DNA from: Promethearchaeota archaeon
GTDB lineage: Archaea > Asgardarchaeota > Lokiarchaeia > Sigyniarchaeales > SOKP01
Assembly: GCA_013375475.1 (NCBI GenBank)
Contig: JABXKD010000030.1
Location: 1-40,048, forward strand
Length of the DNA: 40,048 nucleotides
Reading direction: 5' to 3'
Part shown: one piece after another, positions 10,162 through 21,049 of the stretch
How the letters are laid out: the number at the start of each line of letters is the position of its first letter
How positions within the stretch are numbered: position 1 is the first letter of the stretch
The notes under the pieces: model-generated
What the model saw: only the letters and a program-made list of their open reading frames with translations
Databases searched by the model: none
What the model was told of the DNA's origin: nothing
Position numbers and translations under genes: made by a program

Positions 10162-10929
10162 GTGATTTTTGTTAATATTCAAGATTATTTCGAATTAAGA
10201 AGGGGGACTATCCCTCTGATATTCTCAGTTCCTCACGGTGGGACCACTAATTTTGAGATTATACCAGACAGGATAAACGGTATTCATGGAGTTGACAAAG
10301 AAACAGTAAGGCTTACTTTTGATTTAATAGAAGAAATTCGCAAATGTTCTAATTTAAAATCCAAAGATAATTTGATGCCTTCCTATATCATTTCAAAAAT
10401 TAAAAGAGTGAAAATAGATTTTAACAGAAAAGAAACAGAAGCTTTTTACTCAAAATCTAATTTGGCTAGAGAAATATACCAGTATTACCATAATAAGATT
10501 TTAGAGTTAATTTCTTACAATTTAAAAAAATTTAATCGATCTCTATTGATCGATATTCATGGGTTTGAAAAGCGCAAGAGACCTGAAGGATTTCGCGATG
10601 TAGAATTGGTTTTAGGCACTAATAATTTAGAATCTATGTTTCCTGAAAAATTACCTAAGAAAGATTGGGGTAAAAACTTCCGAGGGAAAATAATTAGAAA
10701 ATTCAACGACCTAACCATCCCAATCGCGCCAGGACATCACACCAGGAAAGAATATGCTTTAACGGGGGGATATATTATACAAAAATATGGAGCAAGTCGA
10801 ATTAAAAATAGTCAAGCAATACAAATAGAGTTTTCAGATAATGTTCGTCTGTACGATGCTCTATTAAGAGAAAAAACTTTAAAATCTTTAGCTCAACTAT
10901 TCTTTGAAGAATTTTCTCTTACAGATTGA
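10162..10929 (+). CDS. N-formylglutamate amidohydrolase family protein
   Basis: SVPHGG, IDFNR, YH, LIDIHG, GGYI and IQIE motifs. Confidence 0.85.
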   Translation: MIFVNIQDYFELRRGTIPLIFSVPHGGTTNFEIIPDRINGIHGVDKETVRLTFDLIEEIRKCSNLKSKDNLMPSYIISKIKRVKIDFNRKETEAFYSKSNLAREIYQYYHNKILELISYNLKKFNRSLLIDIHGFEKRKRPEGFRDVELVLGTNNLESMFPEKLPKKDWGKNFRGKIIRKFNDLTIPIAPGHHTRKEYALTGGYIIQKYGASRIKNSQAIQIEFSDNVRLYDALLREKTLKSLAQLFFEEFSLTD

Positions 10930-11062
10930 AACGAATCAAATACTTTTTTTCAATCAATTCTCGTTAGAATCAATTTCAAATAATATTTTAATGATGAATT
11001 ATAAATAATAGAACTCTTTCTAGGATATATAAAAATTAACCGTATGATTTTGACATATTTTT

Positions 11063-11398
11063 ATGTGCGATGATAAGATTGATATAAGCGATTTAGAATC
11101 GTTTATTAACGGTCTAAAAACTTCGCTAGATATGCTTGATGGAGCGGATCCAACTCAGTCAAAAGGATTTCAATCACAATTAGCAAAAACGATTTCTGCC
11201 TTAAGAATTAAAAAAACTGAACGATTTGAGCCATTACCTAAAGTTTTAGGAAATGCTACTAAAGAAGATATAAAAAATTATTTATTAAAAGAACTGGAAC
11301 AATTAATGCACTATTTAGATACCCAAGAATATCCTAGGAGCAAATTTGATTTAGTTAAGAAAATCGTTCATTTAAGAGCTGAAATTAATAGAATTTAA
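11063..11398 (+). CDS. Hypothetical protein
   Basis: 111-aa ORF filling the gap between co-oriented genes. Confidence 0.65.
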   Translation: MCDDKIDISDLESFINGLKTSLDMLDGADPTQSKGFQSQLAKTISALRIKKTERFEPLPKVLGNATKEDIKNYLLKELEQLMHYLDTQEYPRSKFDLVKKIVHLRAEINRI

Positions 11399-11435
11399 TA
11401 TCTTTTAATTTCTTATCCTCATTTTAATATCACAG

Positions 11436-12200
11436 GTGGTTCAAATTTTAATCGATGTCCATTGCCATATTAATCTATATTTAACGATTGATAAAATCAT
11501 TAAGAATGCTCGAGATGTTGGTGTTGAGAAAATTGTTGCTGTTGCAATGAGCTTCATAAGTCAAGAAAGAGTCTTAGAAATAGCCAGACAACATAAAGAG
11601 GTTTATGCCTCATTAGGAATTCATCCTGAAGAAGTAAAAATGAACGAGAAAATAGAACAACAGCTAGATTCAATAATTAGGTTAATTAGAAAAAATAAAA
11701 ATAATGTATGTGCTATTGGAGAAATTGGGCTAGATCACTACTTCATTAAAGACAAAGAGCTATATCCACTCCAAAAGACAATATTTGAAAAAATGTTATT
11801 GCTCGCCCAAGAATTGGAGCTCCCAGTTAATCTCCACACAAAAGGTGCTGAAAAGACAGTATTTGATACCTTACCCTCATATAGCATCCCTAATATCAAC
11901 ATTCATTGGTATTCAGGACCAGAAAAATTCCTAAATCTTGGAATAGACAGAGGATATTTTTTCTCAATTACTCCCGCAATTAGTTATTCACCTGCGGTAA
12001 AGAAAGTTGCTTTAAATGTTGATAAAGAACACCTTCTTCTGGAGAGTGATGGTCCTGTGAAATATTCCGGAAGTGTAGGCGTTCCAGCGATGGTTAAAAA
12101 TGTTTTAAATTCTATTTCAAAGATAAAAGAAATTAATTCACATGATTTAGAACGACAAATTGAACAAAATACAAGAAAGATTTTTCCTTCAATTTTTTAA
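11436..12200 (+). CDS. tatD: TatD family metal-dependent nuclease
   Basis: DVHCH, GIHP, AIGEIGLD, LPVNLH, LLLESDGP. Confidence 0.92.
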   Translation: MVQILIDVHCHINLYLTIDKIIKNARDVGVEKIVAVAMSFISQERVLEIARQHKEVYASLGIHPEEVKMNEKIEQQLDSIIRLIRKNKNNVCAIGEIGLDHYFIKDKELYPLQKTIFEKMLLLAQELELPVNLHTKGAEKTVFDTLPSYSIPNINIHWYSGPEKFLNLGIDRGYFFSITPAISYSPAVKKVALNVDKEHLLLESDGPVKYSGSVGVPAMVKNVLNSISKIKEINSHDLERQIEQNTRKIFPSIF

Positions 12201-12288
12201 ATTAAACACTTATATTTGCGTTTAATTAGACTTTTATAACAAAGAATCATTATTTTGATCTATATTATAAAATAAAGAAGTGAAATGG

Positions 12289-14637
12289 ATGAGTAAAAAA
12301 GGTGCTAGAATAAAAATAGATGAATACAAAGGACCATTAGGTTCAATCAAAGGCTTTGAATTAACTACTGGGAAGATAAGCTGGGGGGACGAAACAGAAT
12401 GGGAGCCAATGGGGCCAACCCCTAAACCTCATATTCCCACATTACGAGACTGGTTCTTTAAACTCATGGATAGATATCCTCCATACTACATGCCTATATG
12501 CGATATGTGCTGTCTTTGTACCTACGGCAAGTGTAATCTTTCAAAAGGTAGAACCGGTGCTTGTGGAATTAATATGGAAACCCAACAAGCAAGGATAGTT
12601 GAGATTGCTTGTTGTATAGGTGCTTCTTGTCATTCAGCTCATGGGGATCATTTACTACACTGGCTTAAAGAGAAATATGGGAATGTTCCTATAAATTTTG
12701 GTAATAATATTGCTGTAGAAATGCCTCATACTCGATTGGTTGTTGGTATGAAACCTGAAACATTAGAAGATTTAGAAACGGCAATGGAATGGGTACAATA
12801 TACCATTACACATTTACTCGCATCGGGCCACACAGGGCAAGAATCGTCTCATTTAGATTATGAAGCTAAAAGTTTCCTTGCTGGATTAGCAGATTCGGTA
12901 GGAATGGAGATATCAGACGCCGTTCAAATCGCAGCGTATGGATTCCCCGCTGGAGACCCTGATGTTCCAATCGTAGAGTTAGGCATGGGAACCATGGATG
13001 TGGAAAATAAAGCAACCATCTTGATGATAGGACACAATGTGGCGCCTGGAATAGAATTAGTAGATCACCTTAGAGAAAAGAACTACGAAGATAAAGTAGA
13101 TGTTGGAGCAATTTGTTGTACAGCTCACGACTTAACGAGATATTACGATGGAGCAAAAGTTATTGGATCAATGTCTCGACAATTACACTTTATTCGTTCT
13201 GGTTTAGCAGATGTTATCATGGTTGACGAACAATGTGTCAATCTACGAAGTTTTGAACAAGCCCAACTAGTAGGATCTCCATTTATAGCTACCAACGAAA
13301 AAAATATGGGTGGCTTACAAAATAGGACAGATGATCCTGTGGAAGAAATTATAAATGATTTAGTCGGAGGAAAACAAGCAGGAGTTCTCATTTTAGATCC
13401 TGTTAAAGCGGGTATAGTTGCAGTCGAAACGGCAATAAAAATTCACCCCATTAGAAAAGGACGAAGCGCCGTTCCTGACGAAGAAGGTTGCATCCAGATG
13501 GCTTATAACTGTAACGGTTGCGGAAATTGCCAACGTAATTGCCCTAACGATTTACCCATTGTTGATGGGGTTAATTTAGCTAAAGAAGGCGACTTTTCAA
13601 TCCTAGAGAATGTTTTTGACGATTGTTTAGATTGCGGGCGATGTGAAGCCGATTGTATGAAAAATGTATCTCCACTAACACTTATAATGCACGCAGGAAG
13701 AGACAAAATTAGAAACGAGAAATTTAACGTCAGAGTTGGAAGAGGTCCAATTCAAGATACAGAAATACGAAATGTTGGAGCTCCGATTGTACTTGGAGAG
13801 ATACCTGGGATAGTTGCGATTATTGGTTGTGCAAGTTATGGAAAGGATATCCAAGAGTTATATAAACTCGCCGAGGAGTTCTGCGTTAGAAATTATATCG
13901 TAGTAGTTTCAGGCTGTGGGGCTATGGATATAGGTCTAGTAAAAGATGAAGAGGGTAAAACGCTATATGATAGATTTCCCGGAGATTTTGACCGAGGAGG
14001 ATTAGTCAATGTTGGTTCTTGTGTGTCAAATCCTCACATTACTGGTGCTGCGATTAAGGTAGCAAATATTTTTGCAAGACGTCCGTTACGAGGTAACTTT
14101 GAAGAAATTTCCGATTATATATTACATAGAGTTGGAGCTGTCGGCGTAGCTTGGGGTGCAATGTCTCAAAAAGCTGCCAGTATAGCAAGTATGGCAAATG
14201 GATTAGGAGTTCCTGCCGTCGTTGGTCCACATGCTGCAGAATATCGGCGTGCTTATATAGGGCGATCCGACAACGAAGATTCGTGGAAAGTATTTAATGC
14301 ACGAGATGGAACAGCTAATCATTTAGTTGGACCTGGACCTGAACATTTACTTACTACAGCAGAATCAATAGAACAAGCAATTTGTTTAGTAGCTAAAATG
14401 TGTTTGAGGCCTGCCGATAACTCAAAAGGTAGAATGATCAAATTATCGCACTGGATTGACCTTGAGCGAAAATACAAAGGCGTAGACTTTCCAAACGATT
14501 TAGAAAAGTTCATAAGAGTAGACGCGGATATTCCAATTAACATGAAAGACGGTATTGTAGAATTTTTAAAAGAAAAAGGTTGGAAACCAAGAGAAATAAT
14601 TGATCCAACTTTACTTAAACGACTTTGTCACGCTTAA
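12289..14637 (+). CDS. cdhA: CO dehydrogenase/acetyl-CoA synthase complex alpha subunit (archaeal ACDS)
   Basis: MGPTPKP, CDMCCLCTYGKC, GACG, HxxHxxH, ICCT, two CxxCxxCxxxC ferredoxin motifs, GSCVSN, WGAMSQKA. ATG at 12289 preferred over GTG at 12280. Confidence 0.96.
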   Translation: MSKKGARIKIDEYKGPLGSIKGFELTTGKISWGDETEWEPMGPTPKPHIPTLRDWFFKLMDRYPPYYMPICDMCCLCTYGKCNLSKGRTGACGINMETQQARIVEIACCIGASCHSAHGDHLLHWLKEKYGNVPINFGNNIAVEMPHTRLVVGMKPETLEDLETAMEWVQYTITHLLASGHTGQESSHLDYEAKSFLAGLADSVGMEISDAVQIAAYGFPAGDPDVPIVELGMGTMDVENKATILMIGHNVAPGIELVDHLREKNYEDKVDVGAICCTAHDLTRYYDGAKVIGSMSRQLHFIRSGLADVIMVDEQCVNLRSFEQAQLVGSPFIATNEKNMGGLQNRTDDPVEEIINDLVGGKQAGVLILDPVKAGIVAVETAIKIHPIRKGRSAVPDEEGCIQMAYNCNGCGNCQRNCPNDLPIVDGVNLAKEGDFSILENVFDDCLDCGRCEADCMKNVSPLTLIMHAGRDKIRNEKFNVRVGRGPIQDTEIRNVGAPIVLGEIPGIVAIIGCASYGKDIQELYKLAEEFCVRNYIVVVSGCGAMDIGLVKDEEGKTLYDRFPGDFDRGGLVNVGSCVSNPHITGAAIKVANIFARRPLRGNFEEISDYILHRVGAVGVAWGAMSQKAASIASMANGLGVPAVVGPHAAEYRRAYIGRSDNEDSWKVFNARDGTANHLVGPGPEHLLTTAESIEQAICLVAKMCLRPADNSKGRMIKLSHWIDLERKYKGVDFPNDLEKFIRVDADIPINMKDGIVEFLKEKGWKPREIIDPTLLKRLCHA

Positions 14638-14929
14638 AGAATTTTCTTTATTTTTTTATTTAAATCTCTTACAATTTTAATTTTGTTCTATTAACTTAAT
14701 TACATCCTCAGGAAATTCTTCTTAGTTACTGAACTTTTTTTTGCAACTATACAAATCAAATCATAGAAATGATATATATGGACAAATCAACGCTTTTGAG
14801 AACGGTAAAGGTGAATATATTTTTCTTGGTGCTGATGAAAAAAAAAGGGAATAAGTAAGATAGTTGGATTAAATAGCTATCTTTCTAAAAAATCCATAAC
14901 ATTAGATAAGCTTAAACGAGATATTTAGA

Positions 14930-15225
14930 TTAAATGTTGGAATTACTTAGAGAAAGATCCTCGCATTGAAGCAAATGAATATCAAGGAAAAATTTTGTTA
15001 AGAATAAAAATTCTTTCAAAAACATTCTTGACTTCTTTAGAGGAGTAGAATCTACATCTTCTTTATATGATTCTGGAAGTGAAGTTAAATTATTATAGCT
15101 TAAATCTAGTATGCTTAGTTTTAATAATTCAGACAATATCTCTGGAAATGATGATATCAAATTTTTTTTAGATTTAATGAGTTAAGTTCATTTAAAGCTC
15201 GTATTGAATCAGGATGTAATTAATT
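14930..15225 (-). pseudogene. Leucine-rich-repeat protein remnant
   Basis: LHPDSIRALNELNSLNLKK, then a frameshift at the A8 run (15162-15169), then LISSFPEILSELLKLSILDLSYNNLTSLPES. No intact start; the tail is degenerate. Confidence 0.7.
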
Positions 15226-15372
15226 ACTTTGATGATGACTTGGATCAAAGAATATTAAGAAAGGTATGATAAATATTACTCTTATTATTCAATTAAATAC
15301 TTCCAGATTTAAAATTCAATAATTTAAAAGAGAGAAGATAGTTTTATGGATGATCTTTACTGCATAAATTAG

Positions 15373-16383
15373 TTATTTAGATAAGATTTTTTCATATACA
15401 TTGATATAATCCTCAACCATCCTATCGACAGAAAATTTTTCTTCAACCCATTTACGGCAATGTAACCTATTAATGTCTTTAATGTAGTCCAAAACATTGA
15501 CAGCTTCTTCAATTGACTTTACTAAAAATCCTGTTTTTGTATTATGTATGACTTCGGCCATACTTCCCCTATTAAATGCTATTACTGGAGTACCACAAGC
15601 CATTGCTTCTACAACAGACAATCCAAACGGTTCGTTAAAATTAATCGGATGAAGTAATGCATAAGCTCCCCCTAATAATTTATTCCTTTGTTCAGGACTA
15701 ACACTTCCTATATAATCGATTTTATTACTAGTTAAATGGGGTTTAATTTCTTGTTCATAATATTTTTCATCTTGTATAATTCCTGCCATTATTAATCTCA
15801 TTCCGGATTTGAGTGATATTTCAATTGCCTCTCTAGCTCCTTTATCGTTATGAATCCTTCCAAAAAATAATAGATATTTACCGATTTTTTCCCTAAATGT
15901 GAACTGATTAAGATCGATTCCATGATGAACGGTAGCAATATATTCAAGTTCATGACTACGATCTGCTTCACTAATAGATGCATAATAACAATTTTTATTA
16001 TACTTTTTATATACAGGTAAGATTTTTGGGGAAGAAAATCCATGAATTGTTGTTAATACCGGAGTTTTTGTCATCTTCGAGTAAGTTAAGGGAAGATAAT
16101 CAAAGTTATTGTGAATAATATCAAACTCATCACCTCTTTCAAATACTTCTGAGATATGTAAACATTCCCATACTTTTGGTATCAATTCTTTATCTTCTTC
16201 ATACCCTTGAGGACACACTCCAACTAGACGAGCTTTAGTTTCCGAGTCTTTAGTCGCAAAAAGTGTTACTTCAATCCCTCTTTCAACAAGCCCTTCAGTC
16301 AATAATGAGACAACAGATTCCCAAGGACCATAATGATGTGGAGGTGTACGCCACGCAATGGGGGAAAGCATTGCTATGTGCAT
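15373..16383 (-). CDS. Glycosyltransferase family 4
   Basis: PPHHYGPWE, FGRIHNDKG, EPFGLSVVEAMACGTPVI. Confidence 0.93.
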   Translation of the reverse strand: MHIAMLSPIAWRTPPHHYGPWESVVSLLTEGLVERGIEVTLFATKDSETKARLVGVCPQGYEEDKELIPKVWECLHISEVFERGDEFDIIHNNFDYLPLTYSKMTKTPVLTTIHGFSSPKILPVYKKYNKNCYYASISEADRSHELEYIATVHHGIDLNQFTFREKIGKYLLFFGRIHNDKGAREAIEISLKSGMRLIMAGIIQDEKYYEQEIKPHLTSNKIDYIGSVSPEQRNKLLGGAYALLHPINFNEPFGLSVVEAMACGTPVIAFNRGSMAEVIHNTKTGFLVKSIEEAVNVLDYIKDINRLHCRKWVEEKFSVDRMVEDYINVYEKILSK

Positions 16384-16460
16384 TTTTTACCCCCTCCCAG
16401 AGAATTATGATCCTTAATCGAATTTTCAATTATAAATCTCTCATTTTTAAAATTGATATA

Positions 16461-18746
16461 TCATTCATCCTCCTTTGTTATTATATCAATTTCAAGTAGG
16501 GTGTCTAGGTGATACATATTTAACAGCGAGATTAACCAAGCTAAGGTGGATTCTGCTCCTTGATTTCTACCTTTTCCTGTGGCTGATAACCCATCACTGC
16601 ATCCTCCAGTTTTATAATCATAAATTGCAAGGTTCAAATCATTACGTCCTAAGAACCATTCTAAACAGCGACGTGCTTCATTAATCCATTTATTATCTTG
16701 AGTGACTTTAAAAGCTTCAATACATGCTTCAAGGATGCTCTGGGCTTCAAGGGGTTGTTGATCAAATCGTGCAATCTCACCACCTTTAGGATACCATCCA
16801 TTATTGCCAATAGGAGTGAGGTATCCTTTTTCATTTGTTTGAATTTTTAATAACCATTCTAATGACTGCAATCCAGCTTCAACCATATCTCTTCGCTGTA
16901 ACCATTGTCCAGACATTAATAAAGCTTGTGGAATTTTCCCATTATCATAAGCAACAATATTTTCAATCCAAGGCCAATCATCTTGAGCGTTTTGACAATA
17001 CATCTCAAATAATTTATTTGCTATCTCCTTTCTATGTCGTTTCATTTTGCGATCACCACTAAATCTTGATAAATAGGCATGAATTCCTATTAAACCAAAA
17101 GCTAAGGCACGAGGAGAAGTAAACGTGGATAAAGTTTCTACCGCTTTTTCAAATATTATCAATGGTATATTTTCATATTCTTTAATATTTGATATCCCAA
17201 TAGTGAAACCTAAACTCCAGATTGCACGCCCATTACTATCTTCAGATCCCATCTCTTCCATCCATTTCCGATCATAACTCATAAAATTTCGAAATCTGTT
17301 ATTGGTTTCATTGAAAGCGTGTAAAATAAAACTCAAATATCGATATCCATAATTATTTATAAATTTGTCCTCGGATGATAGATTTTGTGCAAGTAAAACA
17401 GTAATTAATGCCCTCGCGTTATCATCAGTGCAATATCCATGATTTCGATTTGGTATTATATAGTTAGCATGTTGCAGAATACCTACATCATCGGTCAGAC
17501 GATATAAGTGATCAAATTTTGGATCAGGCATCTCAAATGGAGTAGATCTCAGAGATTTTCTCTGTGATGAAGATTTTGGATGGTATGATCTCTTTTGTAC
17601 GAGATCATCAAATATTTCTAAGTAATTTCTAGCAACTTCCTTCCAAATCATTTTTCTGGAGAATATATATGCTTGTTTACGCATGTTATGTCCTTCTACT
17701 TCATTATCTAATAAGTAAATAATTTTTTTTGCTATAGAATTGGAATCATTGAATGGAACGATAAATCCCCTTCCATCAGCTAAAATCTCCTCAGCATACC
17801 AATAAGGCGTCGATATTATGGCTTTACCAGCACCAAGAGCATAAGCTAAAGTTCCAGAGGTAATTTGTTCCTTATTTAAATAGGGTGTAATATATATATC
17901 GGCAACTCCTAAAAATTCACACAATTCATCTATATCAACAAACCTATTATGAAATATGAGATGGTCTTCGATATCAAGCTCTCTAGCTCTTCTTTGAAGA
18001 GAATGACGATAAGCTTCACCATATTCTTTTTTTATATTTGGATGAGTCTCACCTAATATAATATAAACAACATTAGGATGTTCTCGAATGATAGTAGGTA
18101 AAGCATCGATCATTACTTCTATTCCTTTGCCTGGATTAATAAGACCAAATGATAAAATCACTTTTTTTCCTTCTACTCCAAACTGATCCTTGAAAAAATT
18201 AGGATCTATGAATGGTAAATCAGGAATCCCGTGATGGATTAAAGAGATTTTTTCTTGGGGAACTTTATAAATATCTTTTAGAAATAATACTGCTTTTTGG
18301 CTCATGACAACTATTTTATCAGATATTTCGGAAATGGAATTTATTATTTTTTTTTGTGTTGCGTTCGGATTTGGTAAAATACTATGTAAAGTAGTAATAA
18401 CAGGCATTCTTAGATTTCGAATTAAACTTAAAATAAGATTGCCATGATCTCCTCCATATATTCCGTATTCGTGCTGAAGTGAAACAACATCAACCTTATT
18501 TACATTAAGAAATTCTGCAGCTAATTGATAACCTGCTATAGAATTTACATTCAATTCAAAACGAACTTGTTTTGGATAAGGATAACCTTGAGGTATATCA
18601 TTCATTGCGATTGCCCAACAATCGATTTGATCTCCTTCTTTAGAAACTGCTTGTAATAAATCATTTGTAAATGTGGCAATACCACATTTCCTTGGCAGAT
18701 AATTGCCGATGAACGCAATAGTCTTCAGATTTGGATATCTTCTCAT
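16461..18746 (-). CDS. GT4 glycosyltransferase fused to a C-terminal six-hairpin glycosidase-like domain
   Basis: PRKCGIATF, QHEYGIYGG and EQITSGTLAYA (GT4); GYCTDDNARAL, FDQQPLEA and NQGAESTL (C-terminal domain). Confidence 0.88.
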   Translation of the reverse strand: MRRYPNLKTIAFIGNYLPRKCGIATFTNDLLQAVSKEGDQIDCWAIAMNDIPQGYPYPKQVRFELNVNSIAGYQLAAEFLNVNKVDVVSLQHEYGIYGGDHGNLILSLIRNLRMPVITTLHSILPNPNATQKKIINSISEISDKIVVMSQKAVLFLKDIYKVPQEKISLIHHGIPDLPFIDPNFFKDQFGVEGKKVILSFGLINPGKGIEVMIDALPTIIREHPNVVYIILGETHPNIKKEYGEAYRHSLQRRARELDIEDHLIFHNRFVDIDELCEFLGVADIYITPYLNKEQITSGTLAYALGAGKAIISTPYWYAEEILADGRGFIVPFNDSNSIAKKIIYLLDNEVEGHNMRKQAYIFSRKMIWKEVARNYLEIFDDLVQKRSYHPKSSSQRKSLRSTPFEMPDPKFDHLYRLTDDVGILQHANYIIPNRNHGYCTDDNARALITVLLAQNLSSEDKFINNYGYRYLSFILHAFNETNNRFRNFMSYDRKWMEEMGSEDSNGRAIWSLGFTIGISNIKEYENIPLIIFEKAVETLSTFTSPRALAFGLIGIHAYLSRFSGDRKMKRHRKEIANKLFEMYCQNAQDDWPWIENIVAYDNGKIPQALLMSGQWLQRRDMVEAGLQSLEWLLKIQTNEKGYLTPIGNNGWYPKGGEIARFDQQPLEAQSILEACIEAFKVTQDNKWINEARRCLEWFLGRNDLNLAIYDYKTGGCSDGLSATGKGRNQGAESTLAWLISLLNMYHLDTLLEIDIITKEDE

Positions 18747-18826
18747 ATTTTTAAAGAAACTCTCAATATTTTTTTTATTTCGACAAGATAGAAATTTAAG
18801 ATTACAATCAAAAATAAATTCTTGGG

Positions 18827-18850
18827 TTATTATTATTATTATTATTATTA
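18827..18850. repeat. (TTA)8 perfect microsatellite, intergenic
   Basis: Eight exact TTA units about 80 nt upstream of the 18746 start codon. Confidence 0.9.
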
Positions 18851-18912
18851 TAAGGATGATTTTATGACTTAGGAGGTCCTTCTCGAGGTCTAAGTAAGAA
18901 ACTAAATACTAA

Positions 18913-20142
18913 TTACTTAATATCTCCGGTCCATATTTTTAATTTACCATTTTCCCGTCTAAAAATAACCTTTTCTTCCCTCGCTAACCAGCCTATTGCC
19001 ATTAGCAATAAATCTAGTCTATCTGCATACTTTTTCTTTAGCTGCTCTAAATTAATTTCTTTCCTAGAAGCTTTTTTAAAGATTTCTCCAGCAAGGAATC
19101 CTATATCCACATCGAAATTGGATTGGGATTTTATTAATTCTTTTAATAACGCAGTAAGATTAAGTGATACTACAGCTATCCGCTTATCGGCTGCTCCATA
19201 ATAGATATACAATCTATTCTTGAAAATAGCAGTGCCTGTAGGAAAAACAACATTCCAAACATTGCCCATTTTCTCGTAATCCTCCTTTGGAGAAAAAAGT
19301 GGTTTCTTCAACCGACCAATAACTCTAAAGGGAGGTTCTTTTTCAAGTAAGGCCGCAGAGGCGTGATAGATTTGACCTGAATTAGTATCCTCAACTGCGT
19401 GATAGATTAAGAGCCAACCTAATGGTGTATTGATTAGAGGTGCTCCACCACCTATATGGTGAGACTCGTAACTAAACTCTGGCTCCATCAAGACATGTTG
19501 GTCTAATTTTTTTAAATATTCTTCCCAATACTTTAGATTCTTTAATTGATTAAAGTCCTTGAAATCAATTAATTGAATATCTGGTAAGATCCTATGCATA
19601 AAAACAAAGTTGTTGTTATATTTTTCAGGGAATAAATAACAATCTTTTTCCCATAAAAGAACGTCTGGAGCGGTAATATCTTTAATATATGATACGAAGT
19701 GAAAATATTTACGTTTCAAATGTGATTGCTTGAATAAATTTTTTGCATCTTCATAACTTATTGAAGGAGTAATTAACCCATGTTTCTCCCAATTAATCAA
19801 ATCTTTACTTGTTGCGAATGCAACTCTTGCATTTTTTCCATCATATGCTGTATAAAAAAGATAAAAAATCCCATCTAGTGAAACAATCCGAGGATCTTCT
19901 ACACCGTGGATTTCATAATCATATTCGGGAAAAATAATAGGTTCTTCTTTTTTTTCAATAATATTTAAAGGACCCTCTAATTTAATATGTCCAATACTTG
20001 AATAATTCCCTTTTCTTACTGCACGGTAGAACATATGAAGGGTATTATCTTCTTGGTATATCGTAGGATTTAAAACTGCTTGATTTTCAAATTCTAAATC
20101 AGTCGCTTCAAGTAAAACCCCCTCTCTTTTAATCACTACCAT
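18913..20142 (-). CDS. GH130-like glycosidase/phosphorylase fused to a C-terminal DUF2582-like winged helix
   Basis: VLNP, GVEDPRI, YTAYDG, WEKD, IGGGAP, NVVFPTG, YYGAAD; C-terminal IGFLAGEIF...MAIGWLAREEKV. Confidence 0.85.
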   Translation of the reverse strand: MVVIKREGVLLEATDLEFENQAVLNPTIYQEDNTLHMFYRAVRKGNYSSIGHIKLEGPLNIIEKKEEPIIFPEYDYEIHGVEDPRIVSLDGIFYLFYTAYDGKNARVAFATSKDLINWEKHGLITPSISYEDAKNLFKQSHLKRKYFHFVSYIKDITAPDVLLWEKDCYLFPEKYNNNFVFMHRILPDIQLIDFKDFNQLKNLKYWEEYLKKLDQHVLMEPEFSYESHHIGGGAPLINTPLGWLLIYHAVEDTNSGQIYHASAALLEKEPPFRVIGRLKKPLFSPKEDYEKMGNVWNVVFPTGTAIFKNRLYIYYGAADKRIAVVSLNLTALLKELIKSQSNFDVDIGFLAGEIFKKASRKEINLEQLKKKYADRLDLLLMAIGWLAREEKVIFRRENGKLKIWTGDIK

Positions 20143-20239
20143 AAGTAATTGATATATTTAAAGTTATTAAGTTTTATTAGTTTTTGTATACCAGCTATTT
20201 TTTCGACCAAAAAAATTTAGACGGAAAAGACATATAAAC

Positions 20240-20911
20240 CAGTGGATCTCCCCTCTTGGGTAAGGGATACACTTGAGAATGACCTAGGTTTAAGATACGA
20301 TAATTTAAAAAACATTGTAGATTAATATAATAGTGATTTAAGATTAAAACATAGCATAATGCCTGTATATAAAAAATTAGAAGGAGAATTAAAGAAAGAA
20401 TTGAACAATTTAGTGGTGCTAATTATAGATTTACTAAAAGGGTTGGCTTCTTTTGACAATCAATATTGTCTAATAACGTCCTATTTTTCATTCAAAGCCT
20501 CGGAGTTCTCAAGATTTAATGTAATATGTTTATTTTGATTTTGAATTCATTGAATTAAAAAAACATTCTATTAAAGTTTTAGATAAATTAATTAAGTATA
20601 ATGAGGATAATGCGATTTTTTCGGAGATGTTTAAAAAAAGTGCATTAGAAATGAACTCATTTAAGACTTTTGTTGACATCATTTCAGAAAATGAATTAAT
20701 TAAGCTTGAAAAATCTGAAATTAGTAAGAAATTACAATTAAAACTAGGGGTAACATGGAAAGAATCAACTTCTGATTAATATATTAAACTTTTGTTTAAC
20801 TGGGCACGTAATACTAATCTAAGTCCAGAGATTTATTATAGAAAAAGGGATTCAATAAGAAATAGAGATAAATATATGAATCTTCTCGATTTTATTAAAG
20901 ATAATAAATAA
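20240..20911 (+). pseudogene. Decayed gene; 3' part resembles a helical/winged-helix domain (possibly AAA-associated C-terminal domain)
   Basis: From about 20598 one frame reads YNEDNAIFSEMFKKSALEMNSFKTFVDII...LGVTWKESTSD*YIKLLFNWARNTNL...DNK*, with a single internal TAA at 20777-20779. The upstream part is fragmented and the left boundary is approximate. Confidence 0.55.
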
Positions 20912-21049
20912 TTTTTTGAAAATTAATAAACTTTTCATTTTGAATCGAGATTTGAACTTAATTTCGTGAAAAATGGAATTAAATGAGAGATTCTAGTAAA
21001 TAAAATATATAATTCAATTAAAATAAAATTAAACTCTTTTCTTTTGGAG

